Source: Octopus vulgaris (taxonomy: Eukaryota). Taken from it: a stretch of DNA of 64,000 bases. Below, piece by piece: positions 12,070 to 24,480 of the stretch. Every line of letters begins with the position of its first letter. The stretch's first letter is position 1. Both the position numbers and the translations under genes were made by a program. The notes beneath the pieces were generated by a model that saw nothing but the letters and a program-made list of their open reading frames with translations, did no database searches and was not told the DNA's origin. The stretch covers positions 131,502,001-131,566,000 of the forward strand of contig OX597818.1 in NCBI GenBank assembly GCA_951406725.2, read 5' to 3'.

Positions 12070-12779
12070 ATACTCCATCGGTTACCACAATGACTGTTCC
12101 AGTTGATCTGATCATCAGCCCGCCCATGATACTTGCGTACATGTGGCTGAGCACTCAACAGATGGAAGCACTCCGTCGGTTACGACGAAGGTTCCAGTTG
12201 ATCCGAATCAACGGAACAGCCTGCTCGTGAAATTAACGTGTAAGTGGCTGATCACTCCACAGACACGTGTACCCTTAACGTAGTTCTCGGGGATATTCAG
12301 CGTGACACAGAGAGTGACAAGGCCGGCCCTTTGAAATACAGGTACAATAGAAACAGGAAGTAAGAGTGAGAGAAAGTTGTGGTAAAAGAGTACAGCAGGG
12401 ATCACCACCATCCCTTGCCGGAGCCTCGTGGAGCTTTAGGTGTTTTCGCTCAATAAACACTCACAACGCCCGGTCTGGGAATCGAAACCAAGATCCTATG
12501 ACTGCGAGTCCGCTGCCCTAACCACTAGGCCATTGCGCCTCCACTACTCCACAGATATGCATACCATTAATGTAGTTCTTGGGGAGATTCTCTTTGAAAC
12601 AGAATGTGACGAGGCTGGCCCTTTGAAACACAGGTACAACTCATTTTTGCCAGCTGAGTGGACTGAAGCAACATTAAGTTAAGTGACTTGCTCAAGAATA
12701 TAATGTGCTGCCAGGAATTGAACTCATGACCTTACGATCATTAGCCAAATATTCTAACCACTAAGCCATGTTCCTTCAC
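12070..12779 (-). mobile_element. Old SINE (E-type head, C-type tail) hosting a younger SINE C
   Basis: Tail at 12070-12162 and head at 12546-12779; actc(a/c)acagat duplicated around the insert. Confidence 0.7.
12163..12544 (-). mobile_element. SINE family C (tRNA-derived), full length
   Basis: Head ggaggcgcaatggcctagtggttagggcagcggactcgc..., B-box-like gtttcgattccc; matches 29557-29942. Confidence 0.9.
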
Positions 12780-13073
12780 TTAATAATTCTTAACTTCAAA
12801 ACACTATGTAGAAAGTGATACCACAGGTCTATAGTAAACTGAATGACAGAAGCCAGTGTGGTATATTCAGCAGTGTTGTATGATCTTGAAATAGCAGTCA
12901 GATCTCTTTCAAGTCAGAAGGGAACAACTGAGCTGAGTTGTTTGGATGCTGACAATATGGAACATCTGATCGGGCATTCAATCTGTTTTAGTGACAGTGC
13001 ATTTTGGCAATGGAGGCAAGCATACAGATACACACACATGTAGTCAGATACATGTGAAGTAATATATACACAG

Positions 13074-13105
13074 AGTGAGAGAGAAACATAAAGAGCAAAA
13101 GAGAA

Positions 13106-13138
<33 letters not shown>

Positions 13139-13187
13139 AAGAGAGAGAGAGAAAAAGAGAGAGAGAAAGAAAGAGAGAGAGAGAAAA

Positions 13188-13260
<73 letters not shown>

Positions 13261-13310
13261 AAGAAAGAGAGAGAGAAAGAGATAGAGAGAGATAGAGCAA
13301 AAGAGAGACA
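13074..13310. repeat. (GA)n/(GAAA)n microsatellite
   Basis: Read directly. Confidence 0.95.
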
Positions 13311-14003
13311 AGGAGGGGGAAGAGACATCACACATGCATACAGATGTAACTGGATATTCATACACATACACTTTGAGAGAAGAGAAGAAGAAACCAAATG
13401 AAATATTAAAAACATCTGATGCCAATAAGTCAGAGCTGAATCAACAATGACAAATTGGCGGTGCCAAAACAGCTGTGCCGAAATGTCTCGCAGAACCCTC
13501 CCCACCTCCACCTTTAAATCACACCTTTAATTTAAATCTGCAGGATCAAAGCTGACCTACCATTAAACAACAACAACAGCTCCAGCAACTGCAACTGCAG
13601 CTGCTGCATAAGATTATTTAAATAAATCATGCTTTGGATATGCAAAATATCCGAGAGAACAGAGCAAGCCAATGTTCAAATCCACTGCAAGAATTTTCGT
13701 TTAACTCAGACTGGAACATTTTATTCTACCTGCGTTCATACCTCATTTCATGCAGCTGTCGGATATAGATCTCGTGTGTCTATCCTTATGTAATACACAC
13801 TCATGTATAATGCATACCCATAATTATAGACAATGATAGCTGCCTGGAAAAATATCTCTTGTGTACCAGTTCCTTTCAGCTGTGCACAGGTGTGCAGACA
13901 TGTTTTGCAACCAGTGCAGAAAACGTGTTAAACTGCCTAAAAATAACGTAATAATATACACACACATATATATATATATCCACATACAGATATACATACA
14001 TAA

Positions 14004-14039
<36 letters not shown>

Positions 14040-14056
14040 CTTAATATTATTATTAT

Positions 14057-14111
<55 letters not shown>

Positions 14112-14272
14112 TATATACACACACATGTATGCACACACATGCACATACAGATTATACTTATATATATATTTCACAGCTGTGTGTATATACATCTGTACCA
14201 AAAGTGAAATTGCTAGAATAAGAATAGGATTGAGGAAGTTCAAAACATTCATACTTCTGCTGGTAACCAAAG

Positions 14273-14310
<38 letters not shown>

Positions 14311-14548
14311 GAAAAGAAGACTGTATGACGTGTGTGTACGAACAACAATACTACATGGTAGTAAGACATGAGCCCTGAATGAAGAAGATATGTGAAGACT
14401 AGAGAGGAATTAAGCTAGTCTTATGCTCTCACCATATCTACTGCAGCCTTACTATCAAGCTTTACTTATATTGCAGCGTGGAAGGTGTTTGTAAGCCATT
14501 TAAGAAACACACAAAAGCCGTTCGATTCACTTCAACATTTAAGTTTAA

Positions 14549-14598
14549 TTTGTCAAAATATTTTCGTCGCTAAAATCCGCGACCTGTTCACTGACAAA
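14549..14598 (-). ncRNA. Minimal type-I hammerhead ribozyme, G3-C8 core variant
   Basis: tttgtca-GTGAACA-g-gtcgc(ggatttta)gcgac-GAAA-atat-TT-tgacaaa. Confidence 0.6.
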
Positions 14599-14616
14599 AA
14601 TCCGTGCTGCTCGATT

Positions 14617-14668
14617 TTTGTCAGTGAACAGAGTCGCAGTCTTAAAGCGACGAAAATATTTTGACAAA
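14617..14668 (+). ncRNA. Minimal type-I hammerhead ribozyme, G3-C8 core variant
   Basis: tttgtca-GTGAACA-ga-gtcgc(agtcttaaa)gcgac-GAAA-atat-TT-tgacaaa. Confidence 0.55.
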
Positions 14669-15442
14669 TTAAACTTAAATGTTGAAGTGAATCGAACGGC
14701 TTTGTGTGTGTTTCTTAAATGGCTTACAAACACCTTCCACGCTGCAACTGTTTTCGTTTCAGCACACGATCTCAGATCAAATCACTTGCTATGCGAGTAC
14801 ACCTTCGTAATTTACTTATATTTTTTTCTATCATTTACTACAATCACTGCTGTCCTGCTGCCTCATCCAGACAAACCTTTGTATTGCCTTACTTATTCTC
14901 ACCACTACAAATGTCTCTCGAGGACTTATCTTAACAAATATTTTTCATCATCTTGTTCACTATTGCTTTCTTTACCTTGCTCTAAATTTCACTTTCCTTT
15001 CTTTTCCAACTGAGGTATCCATGTATTTATAGCAAGACACCTGTCTGTGTCTCTCTATAATTTTAATCCCTCAACTGGCACAAAGTCACTACCCTCAAAA
15101 CAAAAACTCCCAGAAAAGGAGTTTTTGTTTATTTTTTTGCTTTATTTTTTGGTAGGTAGTTGGTGATTGTCAATGATGGTGCCAAGGTGAAAAGCACCCT
15201 GTACACTCTGTAAAGAGCATTTAGTCATCAAAACCATCCTGAAATAGACAATGGAGCCTGGTATGGCTCCCAGTTCTGCCAGCTGCAGTCAAACCATCCA
15301 ATGCATGCCAGCAAGGAAAACAGATTTAAAAGGATGATGATGTACACAGATGTATATGCATACAGGACTATGCATACAGGTGTGTGTGTAGAGAGAGAGA
15401 GAGAAGAGAGAGGGGCGAGAGAGAAAGATACTGACAGAGATA

Positions 15443-15675
15443 TGTATTTCTTTATTGCCCTCAAGGGGCTAAACATAGAGGGGACAAACAAGGGCAGACA
15501 CAAGGATTAAGTCGATTACATCGACCCAGTGTGAAACTGGTACTTTATTTATCGACCCCGAGAGGATGAAAGGCAAAGTCGACCTCGGCGGAATTTGAAC
15601 TCAGAACGTAACGGCAGACGAAATACGGCTACGCATTTTGCCCAGCGTGCTAACGATTCTGCCAGCTCGCCGCCT
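15443..15675 (-). mobile_element. SINE family B, full length
   Basis: Minus strand ggcggcgagctggcagaatcgttagc...gccccttgagggcaataaagaaata; flanks ctgacagagatatgt/ctgacacagatatgt look like a TSD. Confidence 0.9.
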
Positions 15676-15789
15676 TATCTGACACAGATATGTGTGTGCT
15701 CATTTGTGTTGTGTTTTTGTCTCTGAAATACATGAAACATCTTTCCCTTTAAACAAGTGATTGAAGACATATCTGTGTCGAAATCTCTT

Positions 15790-16225
15790 TATACACATAC
15801 ACATACAAACACACATACATACATACATACATACATACAAATGCAGATACATACATACATACAAACGCAGATACATACATACATACATACATAAATACAC
15901 ACATACATACATACAAACAGATGCATACATACATACATATATACAAACACAGATACATACATACATACATACATACATACAAACACAGATACATACATAC
16001 ATACATACAAACACAGATACATACATACATACATACAAACGCAGATACATACATACATACATACATACAAATGCAGATACATACATACATACATACATAC
16101 AAACGCAGATACATACATACATACATACACACATACATATATACATACATACAAACACAGATACATACATACATACATACATGCATACATACATACATAC
16201 ATATATATATACACACACACACACA
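15790..16225. repeat. (CATA)n array with periodic aaa(c/t)(g/a)cagata interruptions
   Basis: Read directly. Confidence 0.9.
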
Positions 16226-16815
16226 TATCATAAACACACACTTATATACACATTTTTACAGTAGATTTAATTCAATTTCGTTTCCTTGTCAATGTAAACA
16301 ATTACAACTAAAGAGGTTTGCAACCTAAATTAAAGGAGCCAACAACAAATAAATATATAAATAAGCAAATGATAGTAAGAAAATGAAAACAAATTAACAC
16401 GTATTGATTAATATACATGACATATATTAACTGTTGAACACAGTAATTACACTTCATTACAACAATAAAAAAAAAACATAATTATATAGTTAAATATAAA
16501 GAAATTTGTAAGCAGCACACATACATAAACGCAGTCACATACATACATATATATGGATGTGCAATAATGTACCTATATAACTTAATAACGGAAAAGAGCA
16601 TTGTTCTGATTTGTGATCACTCTGGGAAATAAACTGTTTTTCTGATCCAACTTGGGAACCTCTGTGTTCAGTTGATATGCTAGAAAGAGAAGTCAAATGT
16701 CCTTCATATCAAACTCAGGTTTGTGCAAAGCCACTTATAGGTCCAGAGGGGATGTAAAATGTAGGTCTTCATTTCAAATTACTTAGAAAATATTGTAATA
16801 CCCAATGCTCAATAT

Positions 16816-16872
<57 letters not shown>

Positions 16873-16874
<2 letters not shown>

Positions 16875-17172
16875 CACCGTGACCGACCAGGCTATCAGAT
16901 GTTGCTACACATCGCTGGTCACAATGCACTTCGCATTGTTTTAGCCTTCAAATGATGCCAACCCGCTGGCTAAGTGAGCAGGCCAACGGAAGAAAGAATG
17001 AGAGAAAGTTGTGGTGAAAGAGTACAGCAGGGATCGCCACCACCCCCTGCCAGAGCGTAGTGGAGCTTTAGGTGTTTTCGCTCAATAAACATTCACAACA
17101 CCCGGTCTGGGAATCAAAACCGCAATCCCACGACCGCGAGTCCGCTGCCCTAACCACTGGGCCATTGCGCCT

Positions 17173-17176
<4 letters not shown>
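16873..17176 (-). mobile_element. SINE family C head with alternative tail
   Basis: Same head and body as 12163-12544 up to caactttctctca, then an unrelated tail ending gcctggtcggtcacggtgat. Confidence 0.85.
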
Positions 17177-17221
<45 letters not shown>

Positions 17222-17585
17222 AGAGTTATGCATATACATTCATATGCAACATTGAATAAAATGCATTTTATTTAACACTGAATTTTGTGACTTTATTTAA
17301 TTAATTCCAGCTTGACCTAGCTTTACACATGCAAGCAAATTTACTGTTAGCTTTTCTTATATTCCAGAACTATTGTTCTGACGAGGCTATGAAGGACAAA
17401 TTTGTTATTTGTGGCTAATGATGCATAACAATGCAGAAATGCATGCATACCACAATTTGATCTTCTTTGAAGCCAAATGTGTTTTCACACATATTCTCTC
17501 TAAGAGGATATATTTCTCCCATGTCTGTGGAAAATTTTCTTGTGTTTGAATGGACACAAATGTGTTAAGTATCATTGTATATGCA

Positions 17586-17818
<233 letters not shown>

Positions 17819-18599
17819 CAACACCCACAGAATTCTTTGAAGCAGATTTCCTACAGCTGGATACCCTTCTTGTTGCCAAACCTCGCTAACTCCAAGCAAA
17901 GTAATATTTTTGCATGTCTAAGCACGTTTTTTATTTAATTTTACAGACAACTAGAAGCAAAAAATATTGCTAGTGTGACAGAAATAATTGTTTACAACCA
18001 TCACATAATGTCAAAACAGCTACGATTAAGACCTGGAGAGGATTAACCCCACCGGATTTAAACGCTTGAGACATGCCATATTTCATGAAGGTGCCCTTAT
18101 GACTCTATCAGGAATAGAGAACTCAAAGCAAAGCATTCTTCATTATATGTCACCAGCATCATGGCTGCTCCCAAATACTGCAACAATTTCAGATCCTTTT
18201 CAGGCTTACCAGTTATCCAAAGAATTCACAACAAGCAATGTCCACAAGACTGTCTACAAATAAAAGACTAAATTAATAGATTAATTATTGCAAAACATTT
18301 TCAAGCAAATGAAGTTTGTGTCATTTAATGAGAAAGATATCGCATTCTGCCTTTCACCTCACTTCACTACACAGGAAACCTATCTCAGAAAGTATTAACC
18401 AAAAGCTATAGGAATCCAAGCAGAACAAACTGCTTGAAACGACCAGCACCACTTAGTAGTTAGCAATAATGATAGCATCGTAAGTACTACAAAGCTACCA
18501 TTACCAACAATGCCATAAACAGAACCATCAACCAATGTCATAAACACAACCATCACCGACATCGCTATTATCAACACCAATGCTTTTACCACTTTGAGG

Positions 18600-18607
18600 C
18601 AGCCACT

Positions 18608-18651
<44 letters not shown>

Positions 18652-19203
18652 TTATACCATCAATGCCACTAGTACAGTTTGCTGTCAATACTGAAAGAAA
18701 AGCCATGCTGACAACAAACAATATAAATACCATCACCATCACCATCACCATCACCACCACAACCACCACCACCACCACCACCAGTGCTGCTACTGCTGCT
18801 GCCACCGACACCATTGCAACTGTCACCATCACCACTTCATTTGATATTACATCACTAACTAACCACTACTGAAACCAGGATTTTGCTACCAATTATGTCA
18901 TAACTACCACCACCACCACCACCACCACCACCACCACCACTTCCATTTATATTACATCACTAATCACTACTAAAACCAATGCTTTTGATACTGAATATGC
19001 CACAACCGTAACCACCACCACCACCACCACCACCACCACTACCAACAACAACAATAACAACAACAACAGCAACAAGAACAACAACAACAACATGACCATG
19101 CCCACTACTGCAACTACCACTGACACTATCAAACTACAACTGCAACTATCACCTTGAAACTAGCACTAACAGTGGGAGGAGATAGATAGATAGATAGACA
19201 GAT

Positions 19204-19256
<53 letters not shown>

Positions 19257-19310
19257 AAGATAGATAGACAGATATATAGATAGATAGATACAGAGAGAGA
19301 GAGAAGGAGA
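18600..19310. repeat. (CAT)/(CAC)/(CAA) low complexity followed by (GATA)n
   Basis: Read directly. Confidence 0.85.
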
Positions 19311-20238
19311 GAGTAACATATTTACCTTCTTATCAACCGTTTCCTTTGACCTCTTTGAATGCAAATTTCTAAGTTAAGGTCAAATATACAAGTAGCTGGG
19401 AATTGATAGTCGGGATATTTACACCTCTTCTACTTGCCATTCCTCGCCTCATCTACTTGAAAGAATGATTAGTCAAGAATGTCTCCCTGCGAACTATTGA
19501 TCATCTCCGCATTACAGTTTCTGACCCTAAATAAGATCAAAGACATCACTATCATGCTAGCATTATGGCTAGAACTTCCTGTCCATTCACTGACTTGAAA
19601 GTTAATGGTCAAGGATTGCCCATAAGAATTTGGTGCCGCTATTAGACCTGCCTTGTCCAGAAAGAGTTTGTGCAGGTCAAGATAATTAAAATACAGGACT
19701 ATAATAGTTTTCTGGGGATCAATGCTTACCATCTCATTTGCCTGGTTTCTCTATGCTTCACCGAATTGATACCTTTCACTCGGCCATTATCATGTAAATT
19801 ACAACTTGTCAGGGAATTAATAAATTGCTTGTATTAACAAGTAATAGGAAGGTGCAATTTATTCTCATATGTACAAATACAATATGTGTGTGTGTGCATA
19901 TATATATGCTTGTGTGTGTATATGTGTATATATATATATAAAAATATATATATATATATAGGTATATGCACACGTAAATCACATATTTAATATTCATTAT
20001 ACAACTTCATATACAAATATATATATGTATGTATATGTGTATATATATATAAATATAGATGTATATACACCTATATATTAAATATTACATAACTACAATA
20101 CACTTAGAAATGTTATATTTATGCATTTGTAGTTTACATATATTACTTAATTTTGTATATTATATTACATAAATATGCATATGCAAATATGTACACACAC
20201 ACAAACATATTTATACATATACAAACATTATATATATA

Positions 20239-20297
<59 letters not shown>

Positions 20298-20351
20298 TAT
20301 ACATACAAACATTATATATATATATATATATACATATATATACATACAAAG

Positions 20352-20390
<39 letters not shown>

Positions 20391-20855
20391 AAGTATACAC
20401 ATAAATTTCCCCTCATCTATTAGAGTCCACAACCAATGCACCACTAACCAACCCTAGGACACCAACAACAGCTGCAGACAGCCCCTACTTCATATATGTA
20501 ATCCAGGTCTCTTCTCTTATTTTATCTTAGTCATGCATATAGGTCTCCTATTTACATGGCTGACAGCTTGGTTGTGATGAAAATTGCATGTGTGCACAGG
20601 TGACAGATTGCAGGATACCAGTCTAAGGAGGTAATTACTGAATGCCTTTGGATATATATGTAGGCAAAAGTTAATTGCTTTCCAACATCTATTAAAATTT
20701 TCTTAATAAGTGAGAAAATTTCTACTGCACCTTTAGCTCCTGTTAAGCACATATTCATGCAGTTGCTTGTTCTTTTGTAGGTCAACTAAGGTATAGTACA
20801 TATACAAAGAAGCACACTTTATATGTAGAAAGGTGTTTGTTAAAAAGAACTTAAT

Positions 20856-21368
20856 CGGTGGTTTTCATCCTGAATTCATAAGACCCCCCACCAAGTGTCC
20901 ATCTGAAATTGTTGGGGGTTCATGCATGCAAAAATGCAGAATAGTAAACTGGGGACTTACAGCACTATATTAAGTGTCCATAAAAATATTTTGCTTTAGG
21001 TGTATTTCTCAAGCGTTTTACATCGTTCAACCAGCCAAAGTTAATGTGTGGAAAACGAAATAGTAATTTTGAAAAAAGTATGTATAAAACTAACTTTTAA
21101 AGATCAATTATACACTATTATAGTCCTGTATTTTAATTATCTTGACCTGCACAAATTCTTTCTGGACAAGGCAGGTCTAATAGCGGCACCAAATTCTTAT
21201 GGGCAATCCTTGACCATCGTTCAACCAACCAAAGTTAATGTGTGGAAAACGAAATAGTAATTTTGAAAAAAGTATGTATAAAACTAACTTTTAACGATCA
21301 AATTTATTCCACCAGAATAAAATTGTAATCAAAGGGATCCATAGGTAACAAATGGTTGGGAACCATTG
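20856..21368. mobile_element. hAT (Charlie-like) MITE with an internal templated insertion
   Basis: Ends cggtggttttca...ttgggaaccattg; body homologous to 37420-37718; flanks aacttaat/gactaaat (6/8 match). Confidence 0.6.
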
Positions 21369-21603
21369 GACTAAATGAACTGAATAAACTGCAGTGTATA
21401 TTTAGATTAATCTGCACCATCATCCATGAATCAAGTTTGATGTGAAAAGTAAATTTGATCTTGGTGCGATTTGAACATGGATTGAACTTGATACTCTAAG
21501 GAATTTGGTCTGTTTTATCTACCTTAAATTATCACTAATTCTACAAACTTTCCTTATGGTATGGTAGCAGAGTAAACACCTGGAGCTCTTTCAGTCCACC
21601 ACC

Positions 21604-21947
21604 TTTTATGACCCCCTTCAGTCAGACACTGACCATGGGTTTGCACCTAGAGAGTTACCCTCTGAGGCACAAGTCTGGACAAGGTTGTTTTATGGAAGAC
21701 CAGCAGTCGCCCATGCATACCGGTCTCCCCTCTCCACATCACCGATGTTGTCCAAGGGAAAGGCAAAGGGGCCGATACAGCTTGGCACCTGTGACGTCGC
21801 AACTCATTTCTACAGCTGAGTGAACTGGAGCAACGTGAAATAAAGTGTCTTGCTCAAGAACACAACACGCAGCCCGGTCCGGGATTCGAGCTCACAACCT
21901 CACGATCGTAAGCTCGACGCTCTAACCACTGAGCCACGCGCCTCCAC
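21604..21947 (-). mobile_element. SINE family E, full length and young
   Basis: Head ggaggcgcgtggctcagtggttagagcgtcg...ctcgaatcccgg, then gtgttcttgagcaagacactttatttcacgttgctccag. Confidence 0.9.
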
Positions 21948-22028
21948 CACCACCCACCATCTAATCATAAACCATCTCTCTCTCTCTCTCTCACCGCCAA
22001 GGAACTCATTCTATTCAATTATTTAGTC

Positions 22029-23455
22029 ACTGCAGTGACACATGGGCTGTGACAGCTGAGTACATGCGTAGGCTTGAAAGAAATGAAGCTAGTATACTTC
22101 ATTGGATGTACAATGTCAGTGTGCATGTATAACAGAGTGTAAATGTTTCTAGAGAATAGTTGGGTATAAGAAGCATCAAATGTGGTGTGCAAGAGAGACG
22201 ACTGTGTTGGTATAGTCATGTGATGCATATGAGGGCGGTGAGCTGGTGGAAACGTTAGCGCGCTGGGCAAAATGTTTAGCGGTATTTCTTCTGCCGTTAC
22301 GTTCTGAGTTCAAATTCCACCGAGGTCGACTTTGCCTTTCATTCTTTCGGGGTCGATAAATTAAGTACCAGTTATACACTGGGGTCGATAATCCGTTTGT
22401 CTGTCATTGTTTGTCCCCTCTGTGTTTAGCCCCTTGTGGGTAGTAAAGTGTCGATTTCTATCAGCCGTTACGTTCTGAGTTCAAATTCCGCCGAGGTCGA
22501 CTTTGCCTTTCATCCTTTCAGGGTCGATAAATTAAGTACCAGTTACGCACTGGGGTCGATAATCCGTTTGTCTGTCATTGTTTGTCCCCTCTGTGTTTAG
22601 CCCCTTGTGGGTAGTAAAGAAATAGGTATTTCGTCTGCTACTATGTTCTGAGTTCAAATTCCGCCGAGGTCGACTTTGCCTTTCATCCTTTCGGGGTCGA
22701 TAAATTAAGTACCAGTTACGCACTGGGGTCGATAATCCGTTTGTCTGTCGTTGTTTGTCCCCTCTGTGTTTAGCCCCTTGTGGGTAGTAAAGAAACAGAT
22801 GCATATGCATGTGGACAGATGTATGGAAAAGTGTCGATTTCTATCAGCGGAAGGAAGATGTGGAAGAGGGAGACCCAGGAAGACATGGGATGAGGTGGTG
22901 AAGCATGATCTTTGATCATTGGGCCTCATGGAGGCAATGACTAGTGACCGTGACCTTTGGTGATATGCCATGCTTGAGATGACCCATCAAGCGAAGTGAA
23001 ATCATTGTTGTGTCTGTTGTCAGTGTCATGAAACTGGCAAGCATGCCGGTGGCACATAAAAAGTACCTTTTGAGCATTGGGCCTCATGGAAGCAATGTAG
23101 CCAATGCCAGTGTCACATAACTAGCACTTGTGCCAGTGGCATGTAAAAGCACCTTTGGAGTGCTGGGCTTCATGGGAGCAATGACAAATGACCAAGACCT
23201 CTGGCAATATGCTGTGCTTGTGAAATCATAGTCGTAGAAAATACTGCTGTCACACAAGTGGCTGGTGGCGCATAAAAACACCCATTACATTCTCAGAGTG
23301 GTTGGCATTAAAAAGAGCATCCAGCCATAGAACCCATGCCAAATCAGACTGGAGTCTGGTGCAGACCCTCCCCAGCCCAGCTTACCAGCCCTGGTTAAAT
23401 CCATGTCAGTATGGACAACGGACATTAAACTATGATGAAGAAGATGATGATGATT
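22029..23455 (+). mobile_element. 5'-truncated RTE-clade LINE (ORF C-terminus, 3' UTR, (GAT)n-like end), split by a SINE B trimer
   Basis: HCSDTWAVTAEYMRRLERNEASILHWMYNVS...GVQERRLCWYSHVMHM / VDRCMEKCRFLSAEGRCGRGRPRKTWDEVVKHDL*SLGLMEAMTSDRDLW; contains stops and a frameshift. Confidence 0.85.
22233..22797 (+). mobile_element. SINE family B: one full and two 5'-truncated copies in tandem
   Basis: Units start at ~22233, 22465 and 22625; a single TSD gatgcatatg at 22222-22231 and 22798-22807. Confidence 0.9.
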
Positions 23456-23629
23456 ATGAAGTTCAAGACTTACTACCACAACCATAATATTTTGTCTTGG
23501 AACAGGCTGCTTGGTTAACAAACAGGTTCCACTTCTATACCAAATTTGAATAAGAACAGAAATGGCAGCCAGTTATATAATAACATACAAATAGCAATAT
23601 GCCCAAGTAACACCTTTTTTTTTATCACT

Positions 23630-23810
23630 TTACTTGTTTCAGTCATTAGACTGCAACCATGCATCCAGTCCTTTTTTTGCTTTGGAGCATTGTACTTATT
23701 TTATCAATCTCTTTTCTAGAACTGCTAAGTTACAGGAACGTAAACATGCCAACACTGGTTGTCAAGCGGTGATGGGGGACAAACACAAAAATAAAGACAC
23801 ACACTCACAC
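23630..23810 (-). mobile_element. SINE family A 3' half, diverged
   Basis: ttttacttgtttcagtcattagactgc...gaactgctaagttac...ggttgtcaagcg. Confidence 0.75.
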
Positions 23811-23811
23811 T

Positions 23812-23998
23812 CGGCGATTTTTTTTCCTCTGTCTTCCCTTCTCTGGATCTTTCCTTCTCCTATGTTTCTGACAAAGAGCTCCACTCGAAACGTTAAACCC
23901 TCCTTCTTTCCTTCTTTCCTGAGCGTCCAATAATACTATATTTGTTCCACGTCCTCACATTGTTGTGTGTTTTTGTGCTTTCTTGTTTGGATTAACTA
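23812..23998 (+). mobile_element. Penelope-like pLTR fragment with decayed hammerhead
   Basis: gttt-CTGACAA-a-gagc(tcc)actc-GAAA-cg-TT-aaac at ~23864-23898; ends in (TA)n. Confidence 0.6.
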
Positions 23999-24012
23999 TA
24001 TATATATATATA

Positions 24013-24480
24013 CAGAGCTGGGTGTAAATCCATTAACTGTTAATTAATGAAGTTAACATTTTCGTTAACGACTTAACTTTTAAGTTAACTTTGAAAATCA
24101 TCATTGGACTAATTAACTTCCATTACATTTAGCTTCCATTAACTCAAATTCGTTAACCCAAAAATTTCATAAAAACTGGTAAACATTTAAAAGTTTCTAT
24201 TGTTTTCAGATTGTCTTAGCATATTTAATAATATACATGTCATTCTTTCAACCCTGATATAATGCCACTTATTATAAATATCTTGTAGGATCTCGTTTAG
24301 CCCTGCCTGGATTTGAAACCAAACCCACCCACTTGTTGCAAACACAACGGTAAATTTCTTTGTCCTGTCAAGAGAGAACAGGCATTGATGTGTTTCCACT
24401 TGATCTGTGACCTTGCTGAGGTGGATGTCAACAGAGAAAATATTGTCTTCCATAAAGTGGGAAAAAAATAAATGGAAGGA
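24013..24480 (-). mobile_element. Possible hAT transposon 3' end
   Basis: Terminus cagagctggg with dense ttaac/gttaa subterminal repeats; the minus-strand translation CLFSL weakly recalls the hAT ERLFS dimerisation motif. Confidence 0.35.

Larger units (their letters stand above)
14471..14805. mobile_element. Penelope-like inverted pLTR pair (277-bp fold-back plus ~55-bp one-sided extension)
   Basis: Arms 14471-14602 and 14613-14747 are near-perfect reverse complements around a 10-nt spacer; each carries a hammerhead fold. Confidence 0.7.

Noticed and set aside
19320-19860. Complex sequence with an 87-aa minus-strand ORF as a candidate exon
   Set aside because: No recognisable domain or convincing splice pair, and the other frames contain stops; kept only as donor of the templated insertion.
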